Positions 18,843 to 28,708 of a DNA stretch of 64,000 nt are shown piece by piece. The notes under the pieces were generated by a model, which worked only from the letters and a program-made list of their open reading frames with translations, did no database searches and was not told the origin of the DNA. A program made the translations under genes and the position numbers. Source of the DNA: an uncultured virus (IMG/VR IMGVR_UViG_3300025009_000081). Lineage: Duplodnaviria > Heunggongvirae > Uroviricota > Caudoviricetes. Each line of letters begins with the position of its first letter. Position 1 is the stretch's first letter. The stretch lies in the IMG/VR virus record IMGVR_UViG_3300025009_000081, one strand, 5' to 3'.

Positions 18843-19105
18843 AGTGCCTCCAGTTCTTTTTTAAGTTCTTCAATTTTTAAATTTGCTTTCTCCAGTACAC
18901 TTTTAATGTAGCTGTAAGTCTCGGTCTGAAATATCCATTGTGTGTTTTTTTGCTGATTCATGTGAAACAGGTCATTGTGTGCTCTGTTGCCTTGTTTGTC
19001 ATAAAAACCAATTTGGGGACTATTTGCCAGTATTTCTACTAACTGCTCTAGTGCACCAAGCTCTTCAAAAATGACCAGTATTCTGAGTTTGTTACTTAGT
19101 TTCAT
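18839..19105 (-). CDS. hypothetical protein
   Basis: 88 aa; ATGA overlaps. Confidence 0.6.
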   Translation of the reverse strand: MKLSNKLRILVIFEELGALEQLVEILANSPQIGFYDKQGNRAHNDLFHMNQQKNTQWIFQTETYSYIKSVLEKANLKIEELKKELEAL

Positions 19106-20136
19106 ACTTTCTTCTCCACTCCTACAATGTTTAACAAATTCTCATCCCGGAAGAGTAATACTTTCTTCATACCATCTTCGTAGAAATAACATGCACTGGT
19201 GTTCTTTGCTGCCCAGGCCACAAACCCACAATCTACAACCCCACTTATTTTAAGCTCTGTGGGCTTCTGTAGGGTTACAGAATCTTCCATGGACATTGAG
19301 TCACTACTGGCACTGAAAGTAGCCTTATCCCCCTCTATGTGGAAATCTACGGCAAAGTTCTTACTGCCTAGTCCCAGGATAGCAAATCTGTCCAGAGACA
19401 ATGCCATGTCCTCTGGGAAAAGCAGCACTTTACCATTGGCTGTATAATATCGCTCAGTCAGTTCCATCAGAGGCTTCTTGGGGTAGCTGCTTGTGTCAAG
19501 GCTCTGGCAGATTAGGGTCTGTCCCCTGTCATTTCTGAAATAGATTGCATTTTTTGTGGTACCCTGAAGAGCACAAATCCCTGTGATCTTCCCAAAGCCA
19601 ATGATTTGCTTGATACTGTCGTTGGACAGGTGAATGTCACCGGGGACTGTTGTTTTGATTCTGGATATGCAGATCCTCGAACTGTCTGTAGCCAATAGGT
19701 TGTTTCCAGTGAAGTAGATTCCATTCAGAGGAGTCTTGTTGGTAAACAAGCACTTCTCCAGTTCGCTTCCGTAGTCCTCATCCAGAACAGGCTGGAAGAG
19801 CTGATCATTGGGTATCTGGGTAAGGATAGTTTTCAGGTACTCATTGCCTTGCACAAACTTTACTTTGACTTTGGTCCTGCCATTGCTTAGCTGCAAGCCT
19901 TCGGGAACATTCAGGATGTCAGTGTGATCACCCATCTTTTTGAGAATCTTTAGGAACTCTTCGGCCCTGAAAAACCCACTTATCTCTGGGTTTGTTTCCA
20001 CAGGTGCTATAATTGTGAACTGGTGGTTGTGACAAACCACCTTTCTGTCTTTAAAGCAGAACACATTAAAGTGATCGCTGTCTGGCTTTCCCACCGCTGC
20101 AATGCAGGTGTCCAATGTTTGTATAAATTGTTTCAT
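19102..20136 (-). CDS. DNA sliding clamp (beta-clamp-like)
   Basis: 344 aa; LNGIYF....LLATDSSRI and ..YP motifs resemble DnaN; near dnaX and the polymerase. Confidence 0.7.
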   Translation of the reverse strand: MKQFIQTLDTCIAAVGKPDSDHFNVFCFKDRKVVCHNHQFTIIAPVETNPEISGFFRAEEFLKILKKMGDHTDILNVPEGLQLSNGRTKVKVKFVQGNEYLKTILTQIPNDQLFQPVLDEDYGSELEKCLFTNKTPLNGIYFTGNNLLATDSSRICISRIKTTVPGDIHLSNDSIKQIIGFGKITGICALQGTTKNAIYFRNDRGQTLICQSLDTSSYPKKPLMELTERYYTANGKVLLFPEDMALSLDRFAILGLGSKNFAVDFHIEGDKATFSASSDSMSMEDSVTLQKPTELKISGVVDCGFVAWAAKNTSACYFYEDGMKKVLLFRDENLLNIVGVEKKV

Positions 20137-20221
20137 CTTTCCTCAATATTTATTTACTATCACTGCTAAAACCACAATTCCCATGCTTATACTCCCAGTC
20201 TGGAAGAACAAACAAATGGAA

Positions 20222-20422
20222 TCAAGCCAAGTCATTCTCTAAAACCACCTGGAAGTCTTTGTCCCCAAATACCCTTATAAATGCTTCGGGACTAAACAGC
20301 CATCCATTGACAAGTATCTTACCCAGGCCAATCTCAATGGTTCCTTTTGTACTCCTGTTTGAAAAAGGTATGCTGTCAAGTTTCTTTTCTCTCGCTGCTT
20401 CCATAATCTGTTTGAGTCTCAT
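20222..20422 (-). CDS. hypothetical protein
   Basis: 66 aa; ATGA overlap. Confidence 0.5.
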   Translation of the reverse strand: MRLKQIMEAAREKKLDSIPFSNRSTKGTIEIGLGKILVNGWLFSPEAFIRVFGDKDFQVVLENDLA

Positions 20423-20670
20423 TTCTCTACCTCTATAAATGCTTCCATAAAAAGTGGAGGGTTTTTTGAACGTATGGATTCAGAGAAAATAAGCATCAAT
20501 TTCCATACCTGGAATGTAAAATAACCGGGCATATCTTTTGATCTATGGCTTTCAACCATATCATTTCTTGTTTCAAGAAAAACACCATAATACTCATTTA
20601 GCACTTTTATACCAGAGTCCGTAAGTTTTACAAGCACATGGTCATTAAGATTAATTTTAGCTAGTCTCAT
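20419..20670 (-). CDS. conserved-looking small phage protein
   Basis: INLND.V.VKLTD.G...GY..FQ.W.LM.IF pattern. Confidence 0.6.
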   Translation of the reverse strand: MRLAKINLNDHVLVKLTDSGIKVLNEYYGVFLETRNDMVESHRSKDMPGYFTFQVWKLMLIFSESIRSKNPPLFMEAFIEVEK

Positions 20671-20839
20671 AAATTCTATCCTCTCCTGTGTTTCTTTGTC
20701 ATAAATTCATAATCTGGGTGTTTTTTATCTAATACTCTACATACAACTGAGATCAGTATTAGAAATATTACTGCTATTGTCAGAACGATTATTGCAAGTG
20801 TCATAAATAAAAGTTACCCTGTTTTTTACTCACATTGTT

Positions 20840-20869
20840 ATTATACATTTATTTTCTACATACTGACAA
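20840..20869 (-). promoter_or_regulatory. sigma70-type promoter
   Basis: TTGTCA-18-TATAAT in an AAATGTATAAT context. Confidence 0.65.
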
Positions 20870-22244
20870 ATCTTTTTAACTTAGAGTCTAAATAAACTCT
20901 GCCTATGCTTCGATTCTCCAGAACAATCACTTCTTCTGTGGTCACGGGTTCATCTCTTTGAACCGTACTCATAATACGCATGACCCCCCTTGCCTTCTCT
21001 TCATCACTCTGGTTTAGTGTAATCAGCTTTGTGATGTGCCCTATCTTTCTCCAGTCCTCGGCTACATCGGTACTGCTCACAATTCCTTTCTTCGCGCTCT
21101 CCCTGTTGCTCTGGGAAGCCGTGATTACAGCAATGTTTCTCTTTTGAGCCATACCTCTAAGTTTCTTCCAGATGTCGTCAAGGTTGTGCCTGTTCTCATC
21201 CCTGGTATCGGCTTTCATAATGTCTGCATAGTCGATGATCACAACATCAGGTATGAAATTTTTATAATATTCCATGTTGCTTATGTGCTGAGTGATGTTA
21301 CCAATGGTTGCCTGTCCCGATTCCAAACACAGGATTTCAAACTCACCTGTCCTTGATATACAGTTGAAGTTCTTCTGATGTCTCTGAATCATCTCAGGAC
21401 TTGTGTCCACAGCTTTCCTGAATTGCTGCTCCTCATGTATCTGGAAATCATTGCCGTGCTTTACAAAACTTCGTATGGCTACCATACCATCCCTTCTCGG
21501 TGCACCTGTGAAGCATTGCCAAGCTCTACGGGTACACTGCTTCTCTACCATCTCAAGGCTTACAAACAAAACTTTCTTACCCTGTAGGAAGGCTTGCCAT
21601 GCCATAAGAAGCAGCCAGAAAGACTTACCTCGCTTTGGTGGACCCATAACAGCTATAAAATCACCTCTGGTAATGGGACCTATCTGATCCCCAAGGTCTC
21701 CGGGCAACTTGAATAGTCTTTCATCAATGCTGTCAAAAGCCTCGGCTATTTTCTCATGGTCTTTGAAAAGAGACAGTGAGTCTCCGTTGTCTATTCTTAT
21801 TTTGTTGAACTCAGCTATCAGGTTCTCACCTTGGGTAATTTTCTTGTTTGCAATCATATCATCAAGTTGATCCCTGAGTTTCTTGAGGGATTGCAGTTTG
21901 AAGTATATGATTGCATTTTCCAGGGAGTAGGTGATGTTGGTTATTTGCCAACGCTCGGAATCATGGCTGAGTGTTGTGAGGTATTCGGTAATAAGTTCCA
22001 GCTCGGACTCTTTCTTGATGAAGTCTTTTTTCTGGAAGTAGATTTCCTGAATGTTTCGCTGTGGGGCTTCTTTTGTCTTTGAGAAATACTCTTTAACCCA
22101 TGAGCATATTGTTCTGGTGTAAGGGCTTTCAAACAGAAGCTCTGTGTTGATAGTGTTTAGTTTGCTGAGAAATTGAGTGTCTAGGATCATCTGGGAAAGG
22201 ATCTTGCGTTCGTCACTAAGATCAATTCTTGTAATGTTTACCAT
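20856..22244 (-). CDS. DnaB-like replicative helicase
   Basis: GPPKRGKS, FVSLEM, IIDYAD and TASQSNR. Confidence 0.9.
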   Translation of the reverse strand: MVNITRIDLSDERKILSQMILDTQFLSKLNTINTELLFESPYTRTICSWVKEYFSKTKEAPQRNIQEIYFQKKDFIKKESELELITEYLTTLSHDSERWQITNITYSLENAIIYFKLQSLKKLRDQLDDMIANKKITQGENLIAEFNKIRIDNGDSLSLFKDHEKIAEAFDSIDERLFKLPGDLGDQIGPITRGDFIAVMGPPKRGKSFWLLLMAWQAFLQGKKVLFVSLEMVEKQCTRRAWQCFTGAPRRDGMVAIRSFVKHGNDFQIHEEQQFRKAVDTSPEMIQRHQKNFNCISRTGEFEILCLESGQATIGNITQHISNMEYYKNFIPDVVIIDYADIMKADTRDENRHNLDDIWKKLRGMAQKRNIAVITASQSNRESAKKGIVSSTDVAEDWRKIGHITKLITLNQSDEEKARGVMRIMSTVQRDEPVTTEEVIVLENRSIGRVYLDSKLKRFVSM

Positions 22245-22245
22245 A

Positions 22246-22425
22246 TTATACCCTAAATTCCTCTTTATAAGGTTCCCAATTAGCTTGCTGGTTCTCATGT
22301 ATGCAATTTGATGGAGTATCTTCTGAGCCATTGCAATTAACCATCATCAAAATACATGGGTGTTTTTCATTTGAACAGTTAATACATCTCCATGAACGTA
22401 CTAAAATAGGAGCTATCTCTGCCAT
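22246..22425 (-). CDS. small Cys-rich protein
   Basis: Start moved to MAEIAP. Confidence 0.45.
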   Translation of the reverse strand: MAEIAPILVRSWRCINCSNEKHPCILMMVNCNGSEDTPSNCIHENQQANWEPYKEEFRV

Positions 22426-22439
22426 AATCCACTTCCTTT

Positions 22440-22670
22440 CTATATACAAATCTGTTTTAGGTTGCCCTCGATGATTTCTGCATCCACCCACATTGTAGGA
22501 TTGCTATCAAACTGGTGTGTGTTCTTAGCCATCCACACCAGAGTCTCTTCCAACTTTTCCTTGATCTCCTCAAACTCTTTGTCTATCATATCAAGTATCT
22601 GTTGGGTTCCATAGGAAAGGTCTTCTTGCTCTGCTCGGAGTAAGTCCGTTAGTTGTTTGATTCTGTTCAT
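22440..22670 (-). CDS. hypothetical protein
   Basis: GGAGG RBS, 76 aa. Confidence 0.6.
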   Translation of the reverse strand: MNRIKQLTDLLRAEQEDLSYGTQQILDMIDKEFEEIKEKLEETLVWMAKNTHQFDSNPTMWVDAEIIEGNLKQICI

Positions 22671-22678
22671 ACTTCCTC

Positions 22679-23008
22679 CTATCCATCAATTATTGGTATC
22701 TTTGTTTGCTTCAGACTCTCAAGACTCACCCACTTTTCTAATATTCCGGTCCCATAGGCTGTCATCTCACCAATGTCAAATATCTGCTTGGGGACATCAC
22801 AGTAGTGCTCCAGGGGTGTACCTTCTCTGAAATACCTGTAATACCCATCTACTTGATATGCTTTGTCTGCAAGCTGGCCTCTGTACCACTGCACAAGGTT
22901 CTCTCTTTCAAAGGCAAGAACAACTACATGCTTCTCACCCAGTGTACCTCTGACCGGAGAAAGTGTGAGCATATAAACTTTTACTTCAGTTGTAGTCCTA
23001 GTTTCCAT
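22679..23008 (-). CDS. hypothetical protein
   Basis: Start moved to METRTT after AAGGAG. Confidence 0.6.
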   Translation of the reverse strand: METRTTTEVKVYMLTLSPVRGTLGEKHVVVLAFERENLVQWYRGQLADKAYQVDGYYRYFREGTPLEHYCDVPKQIFDIGEMTAYGTGILEKWVSLESLKQTKIPIIDG

Positions 23009-23149
23009 CAGTGGTCTCCTTCTTTTCTTCACACTCTTCATTCCATGTGATCAGGTCCAGTTTGTGCATGAAGAACATCAGTGATTCTATTTTCTCTTCA
23101 GGGCTCATACTCTCCCAAGCTGATTTGTTTATGCCAATTTGTCTTTGCA

Positions 23150-25189
23150 TCATTTTGCTTTCTCCTTCAGTTTCAGCAGGAGGTCATCTTCCCCTGCTTG
23201 TTTTCCTTCTATGACTAGACTAAAATTCTTAATGCTCTCATCTACTATTTCCATCAGGTGCTCATCAATGGTATCGGGTCCAATAAGGTAGAATATGTCC
23301 ACAGGGTTCTGCTGCCCCATTCTGTGTAACCTGGATTCGGCCTGATCGTGATCTGCTGCACTCCAGGCAAACTCTACAAAAGCAGTGGTGTCACAAACTT
23401 TCTGCAAACCATCAATTCCCACACCACCACTGACAATGTTCATTACAAGCAGGTTTACTTTATCACTGTTGATGAACTCCTGTATGTAGAAATCTCTATC
23501 ACTAAGTGAAGTTGATCCATATATCTTTCTGGACTGCTGCCGGAAAGCAAGGTGTAAGCTGTCCACCACTGAAGTGTGGTATGCAAACACAACCAACTTT
23601 TCCACCTCTTCCAACTTGTTCTTTATCCACTCAATACAACTGGCTTCTTTGTACTTGTATGCACTGTTCTTTAGTGACTCCACTCTTTCCCTAAGTTCTC
23701 TGGCCCCCATGCCCGGATTTAGTATGTCCTGCCAATCTTCCATGTACTTGGTCTCAATGGACAGTGGGACTACAGTTCTGGTTCTCACAGGAAGTTCTTT
23801 CAGCACATCTTCTTTGGTTCTACGTATCATCAGGGGTTGCACTTTAGAATACAGCTCCTCTACATTGCTACAGCCGTCATACACCAGTGAAAACCCATTG
23901 TGCCGGGGCTTGCAGTACCTATTCAGGAACTTCCACTCATCGGGGAAACTAATAGGATCTATCATATTGAGGACTGTAAAGAATTGAGCTGGCCTTTTCT
24001 TAATTGGTGTGCCCGACATTGCTATGAAATCTGCTCTGGTCTTTTTGACAATAGCTCTCATAGCCTTAGACCTTTTAGAACTTGATTTGGACAAAGCGGT
24101 TATTTCATCGGCTATCACAATCTGAATGTGCTCATCAATAAGTATCTGTTTCCATGCGTCCAAGATGTCATAGTTAATTATATAAACTGGATAGCTATCG
24201 GTCAGTACAGGAGTTTTTCCATATAATATCTTGATGTCCTCTTTAAACACCCACCTAGGGTATTCTCTTTCCCACTGCTTTTTAATAGGTGCATTGACAA
24301 CAATCAAGACAGGTCTTTTCTCTGGGTGTAGCTTTACATAAGAAAGTGATTCTGCTGTCTTTCCACAGTTATGCACCACTACTCCATAAGCCACAAAGTT
24401 TCTATGAGGGTTTCTCATTATGATGTCATAACACTCAGACTTTCCATCTGGAGTAATTGAGACAATCTCATCCCAGACAACTATATTTATCCTTATCTCT
24501 GCATTGATAGCTATGTAATGCAGAGGTAGTCCATCATTAAGACTGCCTATGGGTTCCCAACCTTTGAATGTTCTAACCTCGTGGTCTGCTGTGAGTCTTA
24601 CCCTGTAACCTTTTTTAGTGACCACAAGCACGGTTTCTTTTGTACCACTACAGACTATTCTATTGAAGCTATTAAAAGTAAAACAGAACTTGGTCTCATT
24701 CATGCTTCTGATTTTAAAAGGTTGTAGAAACTGATAGTGATAGGCTTGCTCAAGACTTATTCTTCTGATCTCCCCAGTGCTATCTTTTATAGTAATGGGC
24801 ATGGTGCCACACACACATCCCATCTGGTCTGCTATCAGTGCATTACCCTTTCTCCACTCCAGAAACTTCACACACTCAATCTGATATGCTCTGAGAGTAG
24901 GGAACAAGGTCTCATCTATGGGCACAGGCATGTACTGGGATCTATAATCAGTCTTTGGGAAGTTGTAGGTCTTGGTTTTGTCCAGACCAATGATCTTAAA
25001 CCCATGTGCTCTGAGCTTGTCCTCCACCTCTTTGGTATGAGGTACTTTCCATAGCATAGACTTGCCATCAAAGGTTCGGTTAGGCAATGCTTTCACAAAA
25101 GCCAAGCACTCTCCCCACTCGTTGCCGGGTAGGTACTTGAACTTTATGTTGAAAATGCCCTTGCTAAAGACTGCTTCTTTTATTGGCAT
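23150..25189 (-). CDS. SNF2/HARP-like helicase containing a mini-intein
   Basis: LRAYQ, ADQMG|CGKT, IADE, SGTP, MIRRTKEDVLKELP and QAESRLHRMGQ. Confidence 0.9.
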   Translation of the reverse strand: MPIKEAVFSKGIFNIKFKYLPGNEWGECLAFVKALPNRTFDGKSMLWKVPHTKEVEDKLRAHGFKIIGLDKTKTYNFPKTDYRSQYMPVPIDETLFPTLRAYQIECVKFLEWRKGNALIADQMGCVCGTMPITIKDSTGEIRRISLEQAYHYQFLQPFKIRSMNETKFCFTFNSFNRIVCSGTKETVLVVTKKGYRVRLTADHEVRTFKGWEPIGSLNDGLPLHYIAINAEIRINIVVWDEIVSITPDGKSECYDIIMRNPHRNFVAYGVVVHNCGKTAESLSYVKLHPEKRPVLIVVNAPIKKQWEREYPRWVFKEDIKILYGKTPVLTDSYPVYIINYDILDAWKQILIDEHIQIVIADEITALSKSSSKRSKAMRAIVKKTRADFIAMSGTPIKKRPAQFFTVLNMIDPISFPDEWKFLNRYCKPRHNGFSLVYDGCSNVEELYSKVQPLMIRRTKEDVLKELPVRTRTVVPLSIETKYMEDWQDILNPGMGARELRERVESLKNSAYKYKEASCIEWIKNKLEEVEKLVVFAYHTSVVDSLHLAFRQQSRKIYGSTSLSDRDFYIQEFINSDKVNLLVMNIVSGGVGIDGLQKVCDTTAFVEFAWSAADHDQAESRLHRMGQQNPVDIFYLIGPDTIDEHLMEIVDESIKNFSLVIEGKQAGEDDLLLKLKEKAK
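24368..24817 (-). mobile_element. mini-intein (150 aa) in helicase motif I
   Basis: Starts CVCGT; block B LTADH; ends NFVAYGVVVHN with +1 Cys. Removal restores DQMG-CGKT. Confidence 0.9.
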
Positions 25190-25578
25190 TGCTCGATGAG
25201 TTGAATTACTTTGTGCAGTTTCTCAGACATCTGGGGTGCTGTGGTTCCCCTGAAGTGACACAGCACAAGATTCTTGTAGATCTCTGCTATGCCCTGATTG
25301 GGTTCCTGCCGGACCAAGTCAAATATCTTAGACATAGTCTCTCTGGCCTCACTTGCGCTTGCACAGCTAACATCGGGTAGATTGTTTACCCTTGCCAATT
25401 CTCTCTTGCAGTACCAATGTGCTTTCTTCAGGTCCTCTACTCCGTTCTTCAGAGTGTACCTGAACACATACTTGAACGCATTGCCTAGGTTGAAGTTTAA
25501 CTGCTCTACGATGTCTATGCACTCCACACCTGATGGATGTGAGGTGTAGTGGGTGGGATGGTTTACGTTGTCAGCCAT
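25180..25578 (-). CDS. DUF3310 (T7 gp1.7-like nucleotide kinase family)
   Basis: DNVNHPTHY..SGVECID...GNAFKY..R...KNGVEDLKKA.WY. Confidence 0.85.
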   Translation of the reverse strand: MADNVNHPTHYTSHPSGVECIDIVEQLNFNLGNAFKYVFRYTLKNGVEDLKKAHWYCKRELARVNNLPDVSCASASEARETMSKIFDLVRQEPNQGIAEIYKNLVLCHFRGTTAPQMSEKLHKVIQLIEQCQ

Positions 25579-26218
25579 TGCATGTCTCCTTTACATTGTT
25601 TCCAAATATCTCTGGGTTCATGGTCACATCCTTGTGCTCTTGCTCCGATGCTCTGATTACAGACTTCATCCTTTCCATTCTCATGTCAGGTCTTTCTTTC
25701 ATTTCCTCCGGTACATCTACCATAATCATGCCTGATGTGATCTTTGGGACATCAATCTTTGTTCCTTCGTCCTGCACAAAAGCTGAAACAGTAGTGCTTC
25801 CCGGAAGTGATTTCACTGCTATTCTTGTGTTCTCTGGGTTGCCATCAAGAAACACACTTCCTCCCCTTAAGACATTTAACTTCTTAACTCTTGTCTTCAT
25901 TTTGTCCCTGCCCTGCTTGAGCACAGTGACTATTGTTAAATACCTCACAGACCCATTGTCCACCAGTGGGTAGCTCTTGGTCTGCACTTTGGCCCTGTAC
26001 CTGCTGGAGATAGCACTAATCCACTTGGAAAGCATGATCTTGTCGTCATAGCTGTTTATAAAAGCAGCTTCAAAGCCTTGTGGCTTGTGTACCAAGTCCT
26101 TGACTCTTGTGCCCTCTATGGACACATACTTTTTCTGCATCTCAAACAGTCCCGAATTATACTCCACAAATAGATCCTGTTTTAGTTCTCTCCACTGTTT
26201 CTTAATCCAATTAAACAC
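25571..26218 (-). CDS. hypothetical protein
   Basis: 215 aa within the operon. Confidence 0.6.
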   Translation of the reverse strand: MFNWIKKQWRELKQDLFVEYNSGLFEMQKKYVSIEGTRVKDLVHKPQGFEAAFINSYDDKIMLSKWISAISSRYRAKVQTKSYPLVDNGSVRYLTIVTVLKQGRDKMKTRVKKLNVLRGGSVFLDGNPENTRIAVKSLPGSTTVSAFVQDEGTKIDVPKITSGMIMVDVPEEMKERPDMRMERMKSVIRASEQEHKDVTMNPEIFGNNVKETCNG

Positions 26219-26441
26219 TCTCTTCCTCCTTTGTTGGGCCTATGTGCCAGTCACAATCGCTGTGATAGGAACAGTTCTCATTACACTTTGATTTGTACCC
26301 AAACTCACAGCTGAGTACACAGTCAGCTTCTCCTCCACATGGAGCAAGGTCTCCTATCTCACAAGCACATTCACCGGGGCAGAACAAGCCATCATAGCCG
26401 TTGTCTCTGGCATGTTTCTCAATTAGTTCTCGTATGTTCAC
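26211..26441 (-). CDS. small Cys-rich phage protein
   Basis: NGYDGL...ECAC...DLAPC motif. Confidence 0.6.
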   Translation of the reverse strand: MNIRELIEKHARDNGYDGLFCPGECACEIGDLAPCGGEADCVLSCEFGYKSKCNENCSYHSDCDWHIGPTKEEESV

Positions 26442-26611
26442 TTTTCCTCCTCTACGGAAACACTTACATCTTCAGCTCCACTTTCTGAGTTGTCATCTGC
26501 TAATCTCTGCCCATACCTCTCTGCCTGTTCCTTGTTGGTACAGTTAATTGATCTGGTCAACGATGTTCTGTATGATACGGTTACAGTGAACTTTTTCAAA
26601 GGATCATCCAT
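26438..26611 (-). CDS. hypothetical protein
   Basis: Start MDDPLKK after GGAGG. Confidence 0.55.
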   Translation of the reverse strand: MDDPLKKFTVTVSYRTSLTRSINCTNKEQAERYGQRLADDNSESGAEDVSVSVEEEK

Positions 26612-27296
26612 TGCCTTCCTCCTTTTCAATAATTTTCTTAATCATTGGCTGTAAAGGAGTACCACCATTGCTGCCATCAATATACTTTCTGGGTACTCCT
26701 ACAGCTTGTGCTAAATTATCTACCATGTTGTCAGCCTGTGCTTCCCGGAGAACTTCTCTTATATTTCTCCCATCTATGTCCAGACCGATGCTTGACCACC
26801 CTAGAGCACGGTCCCTTGCGAAAATCTCTACCCTGCTGACATCACCAAACAGCTTCTCAATGTCTTCCCTGAACTTCTTAGGCTTCTCTGAGTGCTTCAG
26901 TCTGGGATGAAGCTGTGTATTGGGTATTCCCTTGTGTACTCGCTTAACCCCTTTTCCCTTTCTTGCCATAAGACATACCTCTGCATTGCTGCGACTACCA
27001 GCAGCTCCCATGCCCATAAAAATACTGCCATCTTTGTTTGTCTTGACCCAGGTAAACCCCCCAGTTACATACTTGAAGCCCCAACACTTGATCAGCTCCA
27101 GTGCATTGTTTAGCATGGGGAAAGTTGCCCACATAAATATAACACTGTCCTTCTCTGTCAGTATGCCCATAGGAAGCCTTCTGAGGTCTTCCATTGAGAG
27201 ACAGGGGTATTGGAACTCACAACCCCTTTTGCCAGCTCTGGCCTTGTCCCTGTAGAGCCAGGGCACATCAATTAGTATTACTTTGTATTTCTTCAC
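26604..27296 (-). CDS. MT-A70 family adenine methyltransferase
   Basis: KYKVILIDVPW, FMWAT, WGFKY, WVK, HSEKP and EIFAR. Confidence 0.85.
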   Translation of the reverse strand: MKKYKVILIDVPWLYRDKARAGKRGCEFQYPCLSMEDLRRLPMGILTEKDSVIFMWATFPMLNNALELIKCWGFKYVTGGFTWVKTNKDGSIFMGMGAAGSRSNAEVCLMARKGKGVKRVHKGIPNTQLHPRLKHSEKPKKFREDIEKLFGDVSRVEIFARDRALGWSSIGLDIDGRNIREVLREAQADNMVDNLAQAVGVPRKYIDGSNGGTPLQPMIKKIIEKEEGNG

Positions 27297-27299
27297 AAA

Positions 27300-28454
27300 C
27301 TATCCCTTAATTACACCCAATGGAGTTAATTCTTCAACAATTTCTACAAGGTCTCTTTGATTATACATTACTTCATAAATATCCTTATAGGCTCCAGCAG
27401 CTTCATCAAGATCTGCTATGTTTCTGATACCATGAATAATTCCCTGATCATCAAGTATTTTCTTTTCAGTTTCTAAATCAAGTTCTCTGGACGCTTGCTT
27501 TCTACCCATCTTTCTTCCGGCCCCATGGGAACATGACATAAAAGAATCAGGATTACCTAGACCTCTTACTATGTAGCTCTTAGTACCCTGACTTCCCGGT
27601 ATAATCCCGATCTCCCCAATTTTTGCAGAGGTGGCTCCTTTCCGGTGAACAATAACATTTTGGTCAAAGTGGTGCTCCCAGGCTGCATAGTTGTGATGAA
27701 TATTTATGATTTCCTCAAAGTCAGCACCAGGAATTACATTTTCAAAAACACCCTTGATCCTGTCAATCATGTTGAATCTATTTTCTCTGGCAAACTCAAG
27801 AGCGTAATTCATAGCTTCCATATACTCTTTTGCTTCTTGGGTTTCGATTGGGAGAAAAGCAAGTTCTTCATCTGGAAGCTGAGAGTACCATTGCTTGCAA
27901 AAATGCAACGCTTTTTTGTGGTACTCCGATGCAATCTTCAGCCCAAAGTTTCTACTGCCGGAGTGAATCATAATCCACACAAGTCCATCCCTGTCTTTCT
28001 GTACTTCAATAAAATGATTCCCACCACCTAGGGTTCCAAGTTGTTTTCTTGCTGAACTTAACTGTTGATCTATTACACCAATAGAAATAGGAGCGTCATC
28101 AAATCCACTCCACTCCTGTTCTTTTTCGTGATGTTTAAATCCAACAGGAATGGAGTTTCTTATCTCACCCATGATAGTTTTAAGAGTTTCCTTTTCGATA
28201 CCATACACATTAGTTTTTACAGCACACATGCCACAGCCAATGTCTACACCTACAGCATTTGGCACAACCACACCTTTAGTAGCTAAAACACCCCCAATAG
28301 GCATACCATAGCCTTGATGTGAGTCTGGCATTACTGCAAAATGCTTGAATATGAAAGGCAGATTGGCCACATTCTTAGCTTGCCCCAACGCTCCATCTTC
28401 AATGTCATTTAACCACATTTTTATTGGTACTTTCTCAGTGCTTATGATTTTCAT
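27300..28454 (-). CDS. rtcB: RtcB RNA 3'-P/5'-OH ligase
   Basis: MPDSHQGYG, GVDIGCGM, GTLGGGNHF, HSGSR, HHNYA, HRKGAT, SCSHGAGR and DEA..AYK. Confidence 0.95.
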   Translation of the reverse strand: MKIISTEKVPIKMWLNDIEDGALGQAKNVANLPFIFKHFAVMPDSHQGYGMPIGGVLATKGVVVPNAVGVDIGCGMCAVKTNVYGIEKETLKTIMGEIRNSIPVGFKHHEKEQEWSGFDDAPISIGVIDQQLSSARKQLGTLGGGNHFIEVQKDRDGLVWIMIHSGSRNFGLKIASEYHKKALHFCKQWYSQLPDEELAFLPIETQEAKEYMEAMNYALEFARENRFNMIDRIKGVFENVIPGADFEEIINIHHNYAAWEHHFDQNVIVHRKGATSAKIGEIGIIPGSQGTKSYIVRGLGNPDSFMSCSHGAGRKMGRKQASRELDLETEKKILDDQGIIHGIRNIADLDEAAGAYKDIYEVMYNQRDLVEIVEELTPLGVIKG

Positions 28455-28708
28455 ATTGTCCTCACTATTCCCAACATTGGGTTTTTCTTCAGTTCTCTGA
28501 ATTTCCTATTAGCCAATCCATCTTGACTGTACTCCCACGCCCACTTCTTTTCCTTGAAGTCCTCTTTCACCGGATAGCTGCTGCCGTTCTTCAGGAATAC
28601 ATGAAAGGCTACTGCTCTGGTGTCCTTGTACACCACAAACATGTACCCTGCTTCGCTTTCATGTAACTTTTTGTGCTGGAGATTGTGAAAAGTAAAGTTG
28701 CTCTGCAT
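28451..28708 (-). CDS. hypothetical protein
   Basis: 85 aa with AAGGA RBS; ATGA overlap with rtcB. Confidence 0.6.
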   Translation of the reverse strand: MQSNFTFHNLQHKKLHESEAGYMFVVYKDTRAVAFHVFLKNGSSYPVKEDFKEKKWAWEYSQDGLANRKFRELKKNPMLGIVRTI

